Positions 14,101 to 29,000 of a stretch of DNA of 64,000 bases are shown one piece after another. Under the pieces are notes generated by a model. The model had not been told where the DNA came from and made no database searches. It was given only the letters and a program-made list of their open reading frames with translations. A program made the translations under genes and the position numbers. The stretch's first letter is position 1; every line of letters begins with the position of its first letter. This DNA comes from Eledone cirrhosa (Eukaryota): NCBI GenBank assembly GCA_964016885.1, contig OZ024743.1, positions 209,188,001 through 209,252,000 on the forward strand. The letters run 5' to 3'.

Positions 14101-17100
14101 CCGATAGCCACACATGAAAGCTCTTCACTCCATAAGATATACCACAGTTTACCATACTATAGCCAGATGAAAGTTCTTAACTCCATAAGATATACCACAG
14201 TTTACCATCCTATAGCCACACATGAAAACTCTTCACTCCATAAGATATACCACAGTTTACCATCCTATGGCCAGAGATGAAAGCTCTTCACTCCATAAGA
14301 TATACCACAGTATACCATCCTATAGCCACATATGAAAGCTCTTCACTCCATAACATATACCACAGTTTACCATCCTATAGCCACGCATGAAAGCTCTTCA
14401 CTCCATAAGATATACCACAGTTTACCTTCCTATAGCCACACATGAAATCTTATCACTCCATAAGTTATACCAGAGTTTACCATCCTATAGCCACAGATGA
14501 AAGCTCTTCACTCCATAAGTTATACCACAGTTTACCATCCTATAGCCACAGATGAAAGCTCTTCACTCCATAACATATACCACAGTTTACCATCCTATAG
14601 CCACACATGAGAGCTCTTCACTCCATAAGATATACCTCAGTTTACCATCCTATAGCCACACATGAAAGCTGTTCACTCCATAAGATATACCACAGTTTAC
14701 CATCCTATAGCCAGATGAAAGCTTTTCAATACATAAGATATACCACAGTTTACCATCCTATAGCCACACATGAAAGCTCTTCACTCCATAAGATATACCA
14801 CATTTTACCATCCTATAGCCACACATGAAAGCTCTTCACTCCATAAGATATACCACAGTTTACCATCCTATAGCCTCACATGAAAGTTCTTCACCCCATA
14901 AGATATACCACAGTTTACCATCCTAAAGCCACAGATGAAAGTTCTTCACTCCATAAGATATACCACAGTTTACCATCCTATGGCCACACATGAAAGCTCT
15001 TCATTCCATAAGATATACCACAGTTTACCATCATATAGCCACAGATGAAATCTCTTCACTCCATAAGATATACCACAGTTTACCTTCCTATAGCCACACA
15101 TGAAATCTTATCACTCCATAAGTTATACCAGAGTTTACCATCCTATAGCCACAGATGAAAGCTCTTCACTCCATAAGTTATACCACAGTTTACCATCCTA
15201 TAGCCACAGATGAAAGCTCTTCACTCCATAACATATACCACAGTTTACCATCCTATAGCCACACATGAGAGCTCTTCACTCCATAAGATAAACCTCAGTT
15301 TACCATCCTATAGCCACACATGAAAGCTCTTCACTCCATAAGATATACCACAGTTTACCATCCTATAGCCAGATGAAAGCTTTTCAATACATAAGATATA
15401 CCACAGTTTACCATCCTATAGCCACACATGAAAGCTCTTCACTCCATAAGATATACCACAGTTTACCATCCTATAGCCACACATGAAAGCTCTTCACTCC
15501 ATAAGATATACCACAGTTTACCATCCTATGGCCACAGATGAAAGCTCTTCACTCCATAAGATATACCACAGTTTACCATCCTATAGCCACACATGAAAGT
15601 TCTTCACCCCATAAGATATACCACAGTTTACCATCCTATAGCCACAGATGAAAGTTCTTCACTCCATAAGATATACCACAGTTTACCATCCTATGGCCAG
15701 AGATGAAAGCTCTTCACTCCATAAGATATACCACAGTTTACCATCCTATAGCCACACATGAAAGCTCTTCATTCCATAAGATATACCACAGTTTACCATC
15801 ATATAGCCTCAGATGAAATCTCTTCACTCCATAAGATATAACACAGTTTACCATCCTATGGCCAGAGATGAAAGCTCTTCACTCCATAAGATATACCACA
15901 GTTTACCATCCTATAGCCACACATGAAAGCTGTTCACTCCATAAGATATACCACAGTTTACTATCCTATAGCCACACATGAAAGCTCTTCACTCCATAAG
16001 ATATACCACAGTTTACCATCCTATAGCCACACATGGAAGCTCTTCACTCCATAAGATATACCACAGTTTACCATCATATAGCCACACATGAAAGCTCTTC
16101 ACTCCATAAGATATACGACAGTTTACCATCCTATAGCCATAGATGAAAGCTCTTCACTCCATAAGATATACGACAGTTTACCATCCTATAGCCAGATGAA
16201 AGCTCTTAAATCAATAAGATATACCACAGTTTACCATCCTATAGCCACACATGAAAGCTATTCACTCCATAAGATATACCACAGTTTAACATCCTATGCC
16301 CACAGATGAAAGCTCTTCACTCCATAAGATATACCACAGTTTACCATCCTATAGCCACACATGAAAGCTCTTCACTCCATAAGATATACCACAGTTTACC
16401 ATCCTATAGCCACACATGGAAGCTCTTCACTCCATAAGATATTCCAGAGTTTACCATCCTATAGCCATACATGAAAGCTCTTCACTCAATAAGATATACC
16501 ACAGTTTACCATCCTATAGCCAGATGAAAGCTCTTCACTCCATAAGATATACCACAGTTCACCATCCTATAGCCACACATGAAAGCTCTTCACTCCATAA
16601 CATATACCACAGTTTACCATCCTATAGCCACACATGAAAGCTCTTCACTCCATAAGATATACCACAGTTTACCATCCTATAGCCAGATGAAAGCTCTTCA
16701 CTCCATAAGATATACCACAGTTCACCATCCTATAGCCACACATGAAAGCTCTTCACTCCATAACATATACCACAGTTTACCATCCTATAGCCACAGATGA
16801 AAGCTCTTCACTCCATAAGATATACCACAGTTTACCATCCTATAGCCACAGATGAAAGCTCTTCACTCCATAAGATATACCACAGTTTACCATCCGATAG
16901 CCACACATGAAAGCTCTTCACTCCATAAGATATACCACAGTTTACCATCCTATAACCAGATGAAAGTTCTTCACTCCATAAGATATACCACAGTTTACTA
17001 TCCTATAGCCACACATGAAAGCTCTTCACTCCATAAGATATACCACAGTTTACCATCCTATAGCCACAGATGAAAGCTCTTCACTCCATAAGATATACCA

Positions 17101-20100
17101 CAGTTTACCATCCTATAGCCACAGATGATAGCCCTTCACTCCATGAGATAAACCACATTTTACCATCCTATAGCCACACATGAAAGTTCTTCACTCCATA
17201 AGATATACCACAGTTTACCATCCTATAGCCACACATGGAAGCTCTTCACTCCATGAGATATACCACAGTTTACCATCCTATAGGCTCAGATGAAAGCTCT
17301 TCACTCCATAAGATATACCACAGTTTACCATCCTATAGCCACAGATGAAAGCTCTTCACTCCATAACATATACCACACTTTACCATCCTATAGCCACCCA
17401 TGAGCTCTTCACTCCATAAGATATACCACAGTTTACCATCCTATTGCCAGATGAAAGCTCTTCATTCCATAAGATATACCACAGTTTACCATCCTATAGC
17501 CACGCCACGGATGAAAGCTCTTCACTCCATAAGATATACCACAGTTTACCATTCTATAGCCACAGATGAAAGCTCTTCACTCTATAAGATATACCACAGA
17601 TTACCATCTTATAGTCACACATGAAAGCTCTTCACTCTATAAGATATACCACAGTTTACCATCCTATAGGCAGATGAAAGCTCTTCACTCCATAAGATAT
17701 ACCACAGTTTACCATCCTATAGCCACAGATGATAGCTCTTCACTCCATAAGATAAACCACAGTTTACCATCCTATAGCGAGATGAAACTCTTCACTCCAT
17801 AAGATATACCACAGTTTACCATCCTATAGCCATGCATGAAAGCTCTTCACTCCATAAGATATACCACATTTTACCATCCTATAGCCACACATGAAAGCTC
17901 TTTACTCCATAAGATATACCACAGTTTACCATCCTATAGCCACAGATGAAAGCTGTTCACTCCATAAGATATACCACAGTTTACCATCCGATAGCCACAC
18001 ATGAAAGCTCTTCACTCCATAAGATATACGACAGTTTATCAACCTATAGCGACACCACGGATGAAAGCTCTTCACTCCATAAGATATACCACAGTTTACC
18101 ATCCTATAGCCACAGATGAAAGCTATTCACTCCATAAGATATACCACAGTTTACCATCCTATAGCCACACATGAAAGCTCTTCACTCCATAAGATATACC
18201 ACAGTTTACCATCCTATAGCCACACATGAAAGCTCTTCACTCCATAAGATATACCACAGTTTACCATCCTATAGCCACACATGGAAGCTCTTCACTCCAT
18301 GAGATATACCACAGTTTACCATCCTATAGGCTCAGATGAAAGCTCTTCACTCCATAAGATATACCACAGTTTACCATCCTATAGCCACAGATGAAAGATC
18401 TTCAATCCATAACATATACCACACTTTACCATCCTATAGCCACACATGAGCTCTTCACTCCATAAGATATACCACAGTTTACCATCCTATAGCCACACAT
18501 GAAAGCTCTTCACTCCATAAGATATAACACAGTTTACCATCCTATAGCCAGATGAAACTCTTCACTCCATAAGATATACCACAGTTTACCATCCTATAGC
18601 CATGCATGAAAGCTCTTCACTCCATAAGATATACCACATTTTACCATCCTATAGCCACACATGAAAGCTCTTCACTCCATAAGATATACCACAGTTTACC
18701 ATCCTATAGCCACAGATGAAAGCTGTTCACTCCATAAGATATACCACAGTTTACCATCCGATAGCCACACATGAAAGCTCTTCACTCCATAAGATATACC
18801 ACAGTTTACCATCCTATGGCCACAGATGAAAGCTCTTCACTCCATAAGATATACCACAGTTTACCATCCTATAGCCACACATGAAAGCTCTTCACTCCAT
18901 AAGATATACCACAGTTTACCATCATATAGCCACACATGAGAGCTCTTCACTCCATAAGATATACCTCAGTTTACCATCCTATAGCCACACATGAAGGCTT
19001 CTTCACTCCATAAGATATACCACAGTTTACCATCCTATAGCCAGATGAAAGCTTTTCAATCCATAAGATATACCACATTTTACCATCCTATAGCCACACA
19101 TGAAAGCTCTTCACTCCATAAGATATACCACAGTTTACCATCCTATAGCCACACATGAAAGCTCTTCACTCCATAAGATATACCACAGTTTACCATCCTA
19201 TGGCCACAGATGAAAGCTCTTCACTCCATAAGATATACCACAGTTTACCATCCTATGGCCAGAGATGAAAGCTCTTCACTTCATAAGATATACTACAGTT
19301 TACCATCGTATAGCCACACATGAAAGCTGTTCACTCCATAAGATATACCACAGTTTACCATCCTATAGCCACACATGAAAGCTGTTCACTCCATAAGATA
19401 TACCACAGTTTACCATCCTATAGCCACACATGAAAGCTCTTCACTCCATAAGATATACCACAGTTTACCATCCTATGGCCACAGATGAAAGCTCTTCACT
19501 CCATAAGATATACCACAGTTTACCATCCTATAGACACACATGAAATTTCTTCACTCCATAAGATATACCACAGTTTACCATTCTATAGCCACACATGAAA
19601 ACTCTTCACTCCATAAGATATACCACAGTTTACCATTCTATGGCCAGAGATGAAAGCTCTTCACTCCATAACATATACCACAGTTTACCATCCTATAGCC
19701 ACACATGAAAGCTCTTCACTCCATAAGATATAACACAGTTTACCATCCTATAGCAACACATGAGAGCTCTTCTATCTATAAGATATACCACAGTTTACCA
19801 TCCTATAGCCACACATGGAAGTTCTTCACTCCATAAGATATACCACAGTTTACCATCCGATAGCCACACATGAAAGCTCTTCACTCCATAAGATATACTA
19901 CAGTTTACCATTCTATAGCGAGATGAAAGTTCTTCACTCCATAAGATATACCACAGTATACCATCCTATAGCCACACATGAAAGCTCTTCACTCCATAAG
20001 ATATACCACAGTTTACCATCCTATAGCCACAGATGAAAGCTCTTCACATCATAAGATATACCACAGTTTACCATCCTATAGCCAGATGAAAGCTCTTCAC

Positions 20101-23000
20101 TCCATAAGATATACCACAGTTTACCATCCTATAGACACGCATGAAAGCTCTTCACTCCATAAGATATACCACAGTTTACCATCCTATAGCCACACATGAA
20201 ATCTTTTAACTCCATAAGATATACCAGAGTTTACCATCCTATAGCCACAGATGAAAGTTCTTCACTCCATAAGTTATACCACAGTTTACCATCCTATAGC
20301 CACAGATGAAAGCTCTTCACTCCATAACATATACCACAGTTTACCATCCTATAGCCACACATGAGAGCTCTTCACTCCATAAGATATACCTCAGTTTACC
20401 ATCCTATAGCCACACATGAAGGCTTCTTCACTCCATAAGATATACCACAGTTTACCATCCTATAGCCAGATGAAAGCTTTTCAATCCATAAGATATACCA
20501 CAGTTTACAATCCTATAGCCACACATGAAAGCTCTTCACTCCATAAGATATACCACATTTTACCATCCTATAGCCACACATGAAAGCTCTTCACTCCATA
20601 AGATATACCACAGTTTACAATCCTATAGCCACAGATGAAATCTCTTCACTCCATAAGATATACCACAGTTTACCATCCTATGGCCACAGATGAAAGCTCT
20701 TCACTCCATAAGATATACCACAGTTTAGCATCCTATAGCCACAGATGAAAGTTCTTCACCCCATAAGATATACCACAGTTTACCATCGTATAGCCACAGA
20801 TGAAAGTTCTTCACTCCATAAGATATACCACAGTTTACCATCCTATAGCCACACATGAAAGCTCTTCACTCCATAAGATATAACACAGTTTACCATCCTA
20901 TAGCAACACATGAGAGCTCTTCTCTCTATAAGATATACCACAGTTTACCATCCTATAGCCACACATGGAAGCTCTTCACTCCATAAGATATACCACAGTT
21001 TACCATCCTATAGCCAGATGAAAGTTCTTCACTCCATAAGAGATACCACAGTATACCATCCTATAGCCACACATGAAAGCTCTTCATTCCATAAGATATA
21101 CCACAGTTTACCATCCTATAGCCACAGATGAAAGCTCTTCACATCATAAGATATACCACAGTTTACCATCCTATAGCCAGATGAAAGCTCTTCACTCCAT
21201 AAGATATACCACAGTTTACCATCCTATAGACACGCATGAAAGCTCTTCACTCCATAAGATATACCACAGTTTACCATCCTATAACCACACATGAAATCTT
21301 TTAACTCCATAAGATATACCAGAGTTTACCATCCTATAGCCACAGATGAAATCTCTTCACTCCATAAGTTATACCACAGTTTACCATCCTATAGCCACAG
21401 ATGAAAGCTCTTTACTCCATAACATATACCACAGTTTACCATCATATAGCCACACATGAGAGCTCTTCACTCCATAAGATATACCTCAGTTTACCATCCT
21501 ATAGCCACACATGAAGGCTTCCTCACTCCATAAGATATACCACAGTTTACCATCCTATATCCAGATGAAAGCTTTTCAATCCATAAGATATGCCACAGTT
21601 TACAATCCTATAGCCACACATGAAAGCTCTTCACTCCATAAGATATACCACATTTTACCATCCTATAGCCACACATGAAAGCTCTTCACTCCATAAGATA
21701 TACCACAGTTTACCATCCTATAGCCACACATGAAAGCTCTTCACTCCATAAGATATACCACAGTTTACCATCCTATGGCCACAGATGAAAGCTCTTCACT
21801 CCATAAGATATACCACAGTTTGGCATCCTATAGCCACATATGAAAGTTCTTCACCCCATAAGATATACCACAATTTACCATCGTATAGCCACAGATGAAA
21901 GTTCTTCACTCCATAAGATATACCACAGTTTACCATCCTATGGCCAGAGATGAAAGCTCTTCACTCCATAAGATATACCACAGTTTACCATCCTATAGCC
22001 ACACATGAAAGCACTTCACTCCATAAGATATACCACAGTTTACCATCCGATAGCCACACATGGAAGCTCTTCACTCCATAAGATATACCACAGTTTACCA
22101 TCATATAGCCACACATGAAAGCTCTTCACTCCATAAGATATACCACAGTTTACCATCCTATAGCCATAGATGAAAGCTCTTCACTCCATAAGATATACAA
22201 CAGTTTACCATCCTATAGCCAGATGAAAGCTCTAAAATCCATAAGATATACCACAGTTTACCATCCTATAGCCACACATGAAAGCTCTTCACTCCATAAG
22301 ATATACCACAGTTTACCATCATATAGCCACACATGAAAGCTCTTCACTCCATAAGATATACCACACTTTACCATCCTATAGCCACAGATGAAAGCTCTTC
22401 ACTCCATAAGATATACCACAGTTTACCATCCTATAGCCAGATGAAAGCTTTTCACTCCATAAGATATACCACAGTTTAACATCCTATGCCCACAGATGAA
22501 AGCTCTTCACTCCATAAGATATACCACAGTTTACCACCCTATGGCCACAGATGAAAGCTCTTCACTCCATAAGATATACCACAGTTTACCATCCTATAGC
22601 CACACCACGGATGAAAGCTCTTCACTCTATAAGATATACCACAGTTTAACATCTTATAGTCACACATGAAAGCTCTTCACTCCATAAGATATACCACAGT
22701 TTACCATCCTATAGCCAGATGAAAGCTCTTCACTCCATAAGATATACCACAGTTTACCATCCTATGGCCACAGATGAAAGCTCTTCACTCCATAAGATAT
22801 ACCACAGTTTACCACCCTATGGCCACAGATGAAAGCTCTTCACTCCATAAGATATACCACAGTTTAACATCCTATAGCCACAGATGAAAGCTCTTCACTC
22901 TATAAGATATACCACAGTTTAACATCTTATAGTCACACATGAAAGCTCTTCACTCCATAAGATATACCACAGTTTACCATCCTATAGCCAGATGAAAGCT
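11150..23000 (+). repeat. Mosaic transitional domain of the satellite with local 1,642-bp and 1,095-bp offset duplications
   Basis: Offsets are 11435/13077 and 11598/13240 (1642 bp), and 19978/21073 plus the ATCTTTTAAC marker at about 20201/21296 (1095 bp). Domain-A markers persist here in shuffled order. Confidence 0.7.
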
Positions 23001-26000
23001 CTTCACTCCATAAGATATACCACAGTTTACAATCCTATAGCCACACATGAAAGCTCTTCACTCCATAAGATATAACACAGTTTACCATCCTATAGCCACA
23101 CATGAGAGCTCTTCACTCTATGAGATATACCACAGTTTACCATCCTATAGCCACACATGGAAGCTCTTCACTCCATAAGATATACCACAGTTTACCATCC
23201 GATAGCCACACATGAAAGCTCTTCACTCCATAAGATATACCACAGTTTACCATCCTATAGCCAGATGAAAGTTCTTCACTCACTAAGATATACCACAGTA
23301 TACCATCCTATAGCCACACATGAAAGCTCTTCACTCCATAAGATATACCACAGTTTACCATCCTATAGCCACCGATAAAAGCTCTTCACACCATAAGATA
23401 TACCACAGTTTACCATCCTATAGCCAGATGAAAGCTCTTCACTCCATAAGATATACCACAGTTTACCATCCTATAGCCACGCATGAAAGCTCTTCACTCC
23501 ATAAGATATACCACAGTTTACCATCCTATAGCCACAGATGAAAGCTGTTCACTCCATTAGATATACCACATTTTACCATCCTATAGCCACACATTAAAGT
23601 TCTTCACTCCATAAGATATACCACAGTTTACCATCCTATAGCCACACATGGAAGCTCTTCACTCCATAAGATATACCACAGTTTATCATCCTATAGCCAC
23701 ACTTGAAAGCTCTTCACTCCATAAGATATACCACAGTTTACCATCCTATAGCCACACATGGAACCTCTTCACTCCATAAGATATACCACAGTTTACCATC
23801 CTATAGCCACAGATGAAAGCTCTTCACACCATAAGATATACCACAGTTTACCATCCTATAGCCAGATGAAAGCTCTTCACTCCATAAGATATACCACAGT
23901 TTACCATCCTATAGCCACACATGAAAGCTGTTCACTCCATAAGATATACCACAGTTTACGATCCTGTAGCCACACATGAAATCTCTTCACTCCATAAGAT
24001 ATACCAGAGTTTACCCTCCTATAGCCACAGATGAAAGTTGTTCACTCCATAAGTTATACCACAGTTTACCATCCTATAGCCACAGATGAAAGCTCTTCAC
24101 TCCATAACATATACCACAGTTTACCATCCTATAGCTACACTTGGAAGCTCTTCACTCCATAAGATATACCACAGTTTACCATCCTATAGCAACACATGAA
24201 AGCTCTTCACTCCATAAGATATACCACAGTTTACCATCCTATATCCAGATTAAAGCTCTTCACTCCATAAGATATACCACAGTTTACCATCCTATAATCA
24301 CACATGAAAGCTCTTCACTCCATAAGATATACCACAGTTTACCATCCTATAGCCATGCATGAAAGCTCTTCACTCCATAAGATATACCACAGTTTACCAT
24401 CCTATAGCCACACATGAAATCTTTTCACTCCATAAGATATACCAGAGTTTACCATCCTATAATCACACATGAAAGCTCTTCACTCCATAAAATATACCAC
24501 AGTTTACCATCCTATAGCCATGCATGAAAGCTCTTCAATCCATAAGATATACCACAGTTTACCATCCTATAGCCACACATGAAATCTTTTCACTCCATAA
24601 GATATACCAGAGTTTACCATCCTATAGCCACGGATGAAAGCTCTTCACTCCATAAGTTATACCACAGTTTACCATCCTATAGCCACAGATGAAAGCTCTT
24701 CACACCATAAGATATACCAGAGTTTACCATCCTATAGCAAGATGAAAGCTCTTCACTCCATAAGATATACCACAGTTTAACATCCTATAGCCACACATGA
24801 AAGCTCTTCACTCCATAAGATATACCACAGTTTACCATCCTATAGTCACAGATGAAAGCTCTTCACACCATAGGATATACCACAGTTTACCATCCTATAG
24901 CCAGATGAAAGCTCTTCACTCCATAAGATGTACCACAGTTTACCATCCTATAAGCCACGCATGAAAGCTCTTCACTCCATAAGATATACCACAGTTTACC
25001 ATCCTGTAGCCACACATGGAAGCTCTTCACTCCATAAGATATACCACAGTTTACCATCCGATAGCCACACATGAAAGCTCTTCACTCCATAAGATATCCC
25101 ACAGTTTACCATCCTATAGCCAGATGAAAGTTCTTCACTCCATAACATATACCACACTTTACCATCCTATAGCCACACATGAGCTCTTCACTCCATAAGA
25201 TATACCACAGTTTACCATCCTATAGCCACACATGAAAGCTCCTCACTCCATAAGATATACCACAGTTTACCATCCTATAGCCAGATGAAAGCTCTTCACT
25301 CCATAAGATATACCACAGTTTACCATCCTATAGCCACACATGAAAGCTCTTCACTCCATAAGATATACCACAGTTTACCATCCTATAGCCACACATGAAA
25401 GATCTTCCCTCAATAAGATATACCACAGTTTACCATCCTATGGCCACAGATGAAAGCTCTTCACTCCATAAGATATACCACAGTTTACCATCCTATAGAC
25501 ACACATGAAATTTCTTCACTCCATAAGATATACCACAGTTTACCATTCTATGGCCAGAGATGAAAGCTCTTCACTCCATAAGATATACCACAGTTTACAA
25601 TCCTATAGCCACACATGAAAGCTCTTCACTCCATAAGATATAACACAGTTTACCATCCTATAGCCACACATGAGAGCTCTTCACTCTATGAGATATACCA
25701 CAGTTTACCATCCTATAGCCACACATGGAAGCTCTTCACTCCATAAGATATACCACAGTTTACCATCCTATAGCCACACATGAAAGCTCTTCACTCCATA
25801 AGATATACCACAGTTTACCATCCTATAGCCAGATGAAAGTTCTTCACTCACTAAGATATACCACAGTATACCATCCTATAGCCACACATGAAAGCTCTTC
25901 ACTCCATAAGATATACCACAGTTTACCATCCTATAGCCACAGATAAAAGCTCTTCACACCATAAGATATACCACAGTTTACCATCCTATAGCCAGATGAA

Positions 26001-29000
26001 AGCTCTTCACTCCATAAGATATACCACCGTTTACCATCCTATAGCCACGCATGAAAGCTCTTCACTCCATAAGATATACCACATTTTACCATCCTATAGC
26101 CACACATGAAAGTTCTTCACTCCATAAGATATACCACAGTTTACCATCCTATAGCCACACATGGAAGCTCTTCACTCCATAAGATATACCACAGTTTATC
26201 ATCCTATAGCCACACATGAAAGCTCTTCACTCCATAAGATATACCACAGTTTACCATCCTATGGCCACAGATGAAAGCTGTTCACTCCATAAGATATAAC
26301 ACAGTTTACCATCCTATAGCCACACATGAGAGCTCTTAACTCTATAAGATATACCACAGTTTACCATCCTATAGCCACACATGGAACCTCTTCACTCCAT
26401 AAGATATACCACAGTTTACCATCCTATAGCCACAGATGAAAGCTCTTCACACCATAAGATATACCACAGTTTACCATCCTATAGCCAGATGAAAGCTCTT
26501 CACTCCATAAGATATACCACAGTTTACCATCCTATAGCCACACATGAAAGCTGTTCACTCCATAAGATATAACACAGTTTACCATCCTATGGCCAGAGAT
26601 GAAAGCTCTTCACTCCATAAGATATACTACAGTTTACCACCCTATAGCCACACATGAAAGTTGTTCACTCCATAAGATATACCACAGTTTACCATCCTAT
26701 AGCCACACATGAAAGCTCTTCACTCCATAAGATATACCACAGTTTACCATCCTATAGCCACACATGGAAGCTCTTCACTCCATAAGATATACCACAGTTT
26801 ACCATCATATAGCCACACATGAAAGCTCTTCACTCCATAAGATATACCACAGTTTACCATCCTATAGCCATAGATGAAAGCTCTTCACTCCATAAGATAT
26901 ACCACAGTTTACCATCCTATAGCCACGCATGAAAGCTCTTCACTCCATAAGATATACCACCGTTTACCATCCTATAGCCACACATGAAATCTTTTAACTC
27001 CATAAGATATACCAGAGTTTACCATCCTATAGCCACAGATGAAAGCTCTTCACTCCATTAGTTATACCACAGTTTACCATCCTATAGCCACAGATGAAAG
27101 CTCTTCACTCCATAACATATACCACACTTTACCATCCTATAGCCACACATGAGAGCTCTTCACTCCATAAGATATACCTCAGGTTACCATCCTATAGCCA
27201 CACATGAAGGCTTCTTTACTCCATAAGATATACCACAGTTTACCATCCTATAGCCAGATGAAAGCTTTTCAATCCATAAGATATACCACAGTTTACAATC
27301 CTATAGCCACACATGAAAGCTCTTCACTCCATAAGATATACCACATTTTACCATCCTATAGCCACACATGAAAGCTCTTCACTCCATAAGATATACCACA
27401 ATTTACCATCCTATAGCCACACATGAAAGCTCTTCACTCCATAAGATATACCACAGTTTACCATCCTATGGCCACAGATGAAAGCTCTTCACTCCATAAG
27501 ATATACCACAGTTTACCATCCTATAGCCACACATGAAAGTTCTTCACCCCATAAGATATACCACAGTTTACCATCGTATAGCCACAGATGAAAGTTCTTC
27601 ACTCCATAAGATATACCACAGTTTACCATCCTATAGCCACACATGAAAGCTCTTCACTCCATAAGATATAACACAGTTTACCATCCTATGGCCAGAGATG
27701 AAAGCTCTTCACTCCATAAGATATACTACAGTTTACCATCCTATAGCCACACATGAAAGCTGTTCACTCCATAAGATATACCACAGTTTACCATCATATA
27801 GCCACACATGAAAGCTCTTCACTCCATAAGATATACCACAGTTTACCATCCTATAGCCATAGATGAAAGCTCTTCACTCCATAAGATATACGACAGTTTA
27901 TCATCCTATAGCCAGATGAAAGCTCTTAAATCCATAAGATATACCACAGTTTACCATCCTATAGCCACACAATAAAGCTCTTCACTCCATCAGATATACC
28001 ACAGTTTACCATCATATAGCCACACATGAAAGCTCTTCACTCCATAAGATATACCACACTTTACCATCCTATAGCCACAGATGAAAGCTCTTCACTCCAT
28101 AAGATATACCACAGTTTACCATCCTATAGCCAGTTGAAAGCTTTTCACTCCATAAGATATACCACAGTTTAACATCCTATGCCCACAGATGAAAGCTCTT
28201 CACTCCATAAAATATACCACAGTTTACCATCCTATAGCCACACATGAAAGCTCTTCACTCCATAAGATATACCACAGTTTACCATCCTATGGCCACAGAT
28301 GAAAGCTCTTCACTCCATAAGATATACCACAGTTTACCACCCTATGGCCACAGATGAAAGCTCTTCACTCCATAAGATATACCACAGTTTATCATCCTAT
28401 AGCCACGCCACGGATGAAAGCTCTTTACTCCATAAGATATACCACAGTTTACCATCCTATAGCCACAGATGAAAGCTCTTCACTCTATAAGATATACCAC
28501 AGTTTAACATCTTATAGTCACACATGAAAGCTCTTCACTCCATAAGATATACCACAGTTTACCATCCTATAGCCAGATGAAAGCTCTTCACTCCATAACA
28601 TATACCACAGTTTACCATCCTATAGCCACAGATGAAAGCTCTTCACTCCATTAGATATACCACAGTTTACCATCATATAGCCACAGATGAAAGCTGTTCA
28701 CTCCATAAGATATACCACATTTTACCATCCTATAGCCACACATGAAAGTTCTTCATTCCATAAGATATACCACAGTTTACCATCCTATAGCCAGATGAAA
28801 GTTCTTCACTCCATAAGATATACCACAGTTTACCATCCTATAGCCAGTTGAAAGCTTTTCACTCCATAAGATATACCACAGTTTAACATCCTATGCCCAC
28901 AGATGAAAGCTCTTCACTCCATAAAATATACCACAGTTTACCATCCTATAGCCACACATGAAAGCTCTTCACTCCATAAGATATACCACAGTTTACCATC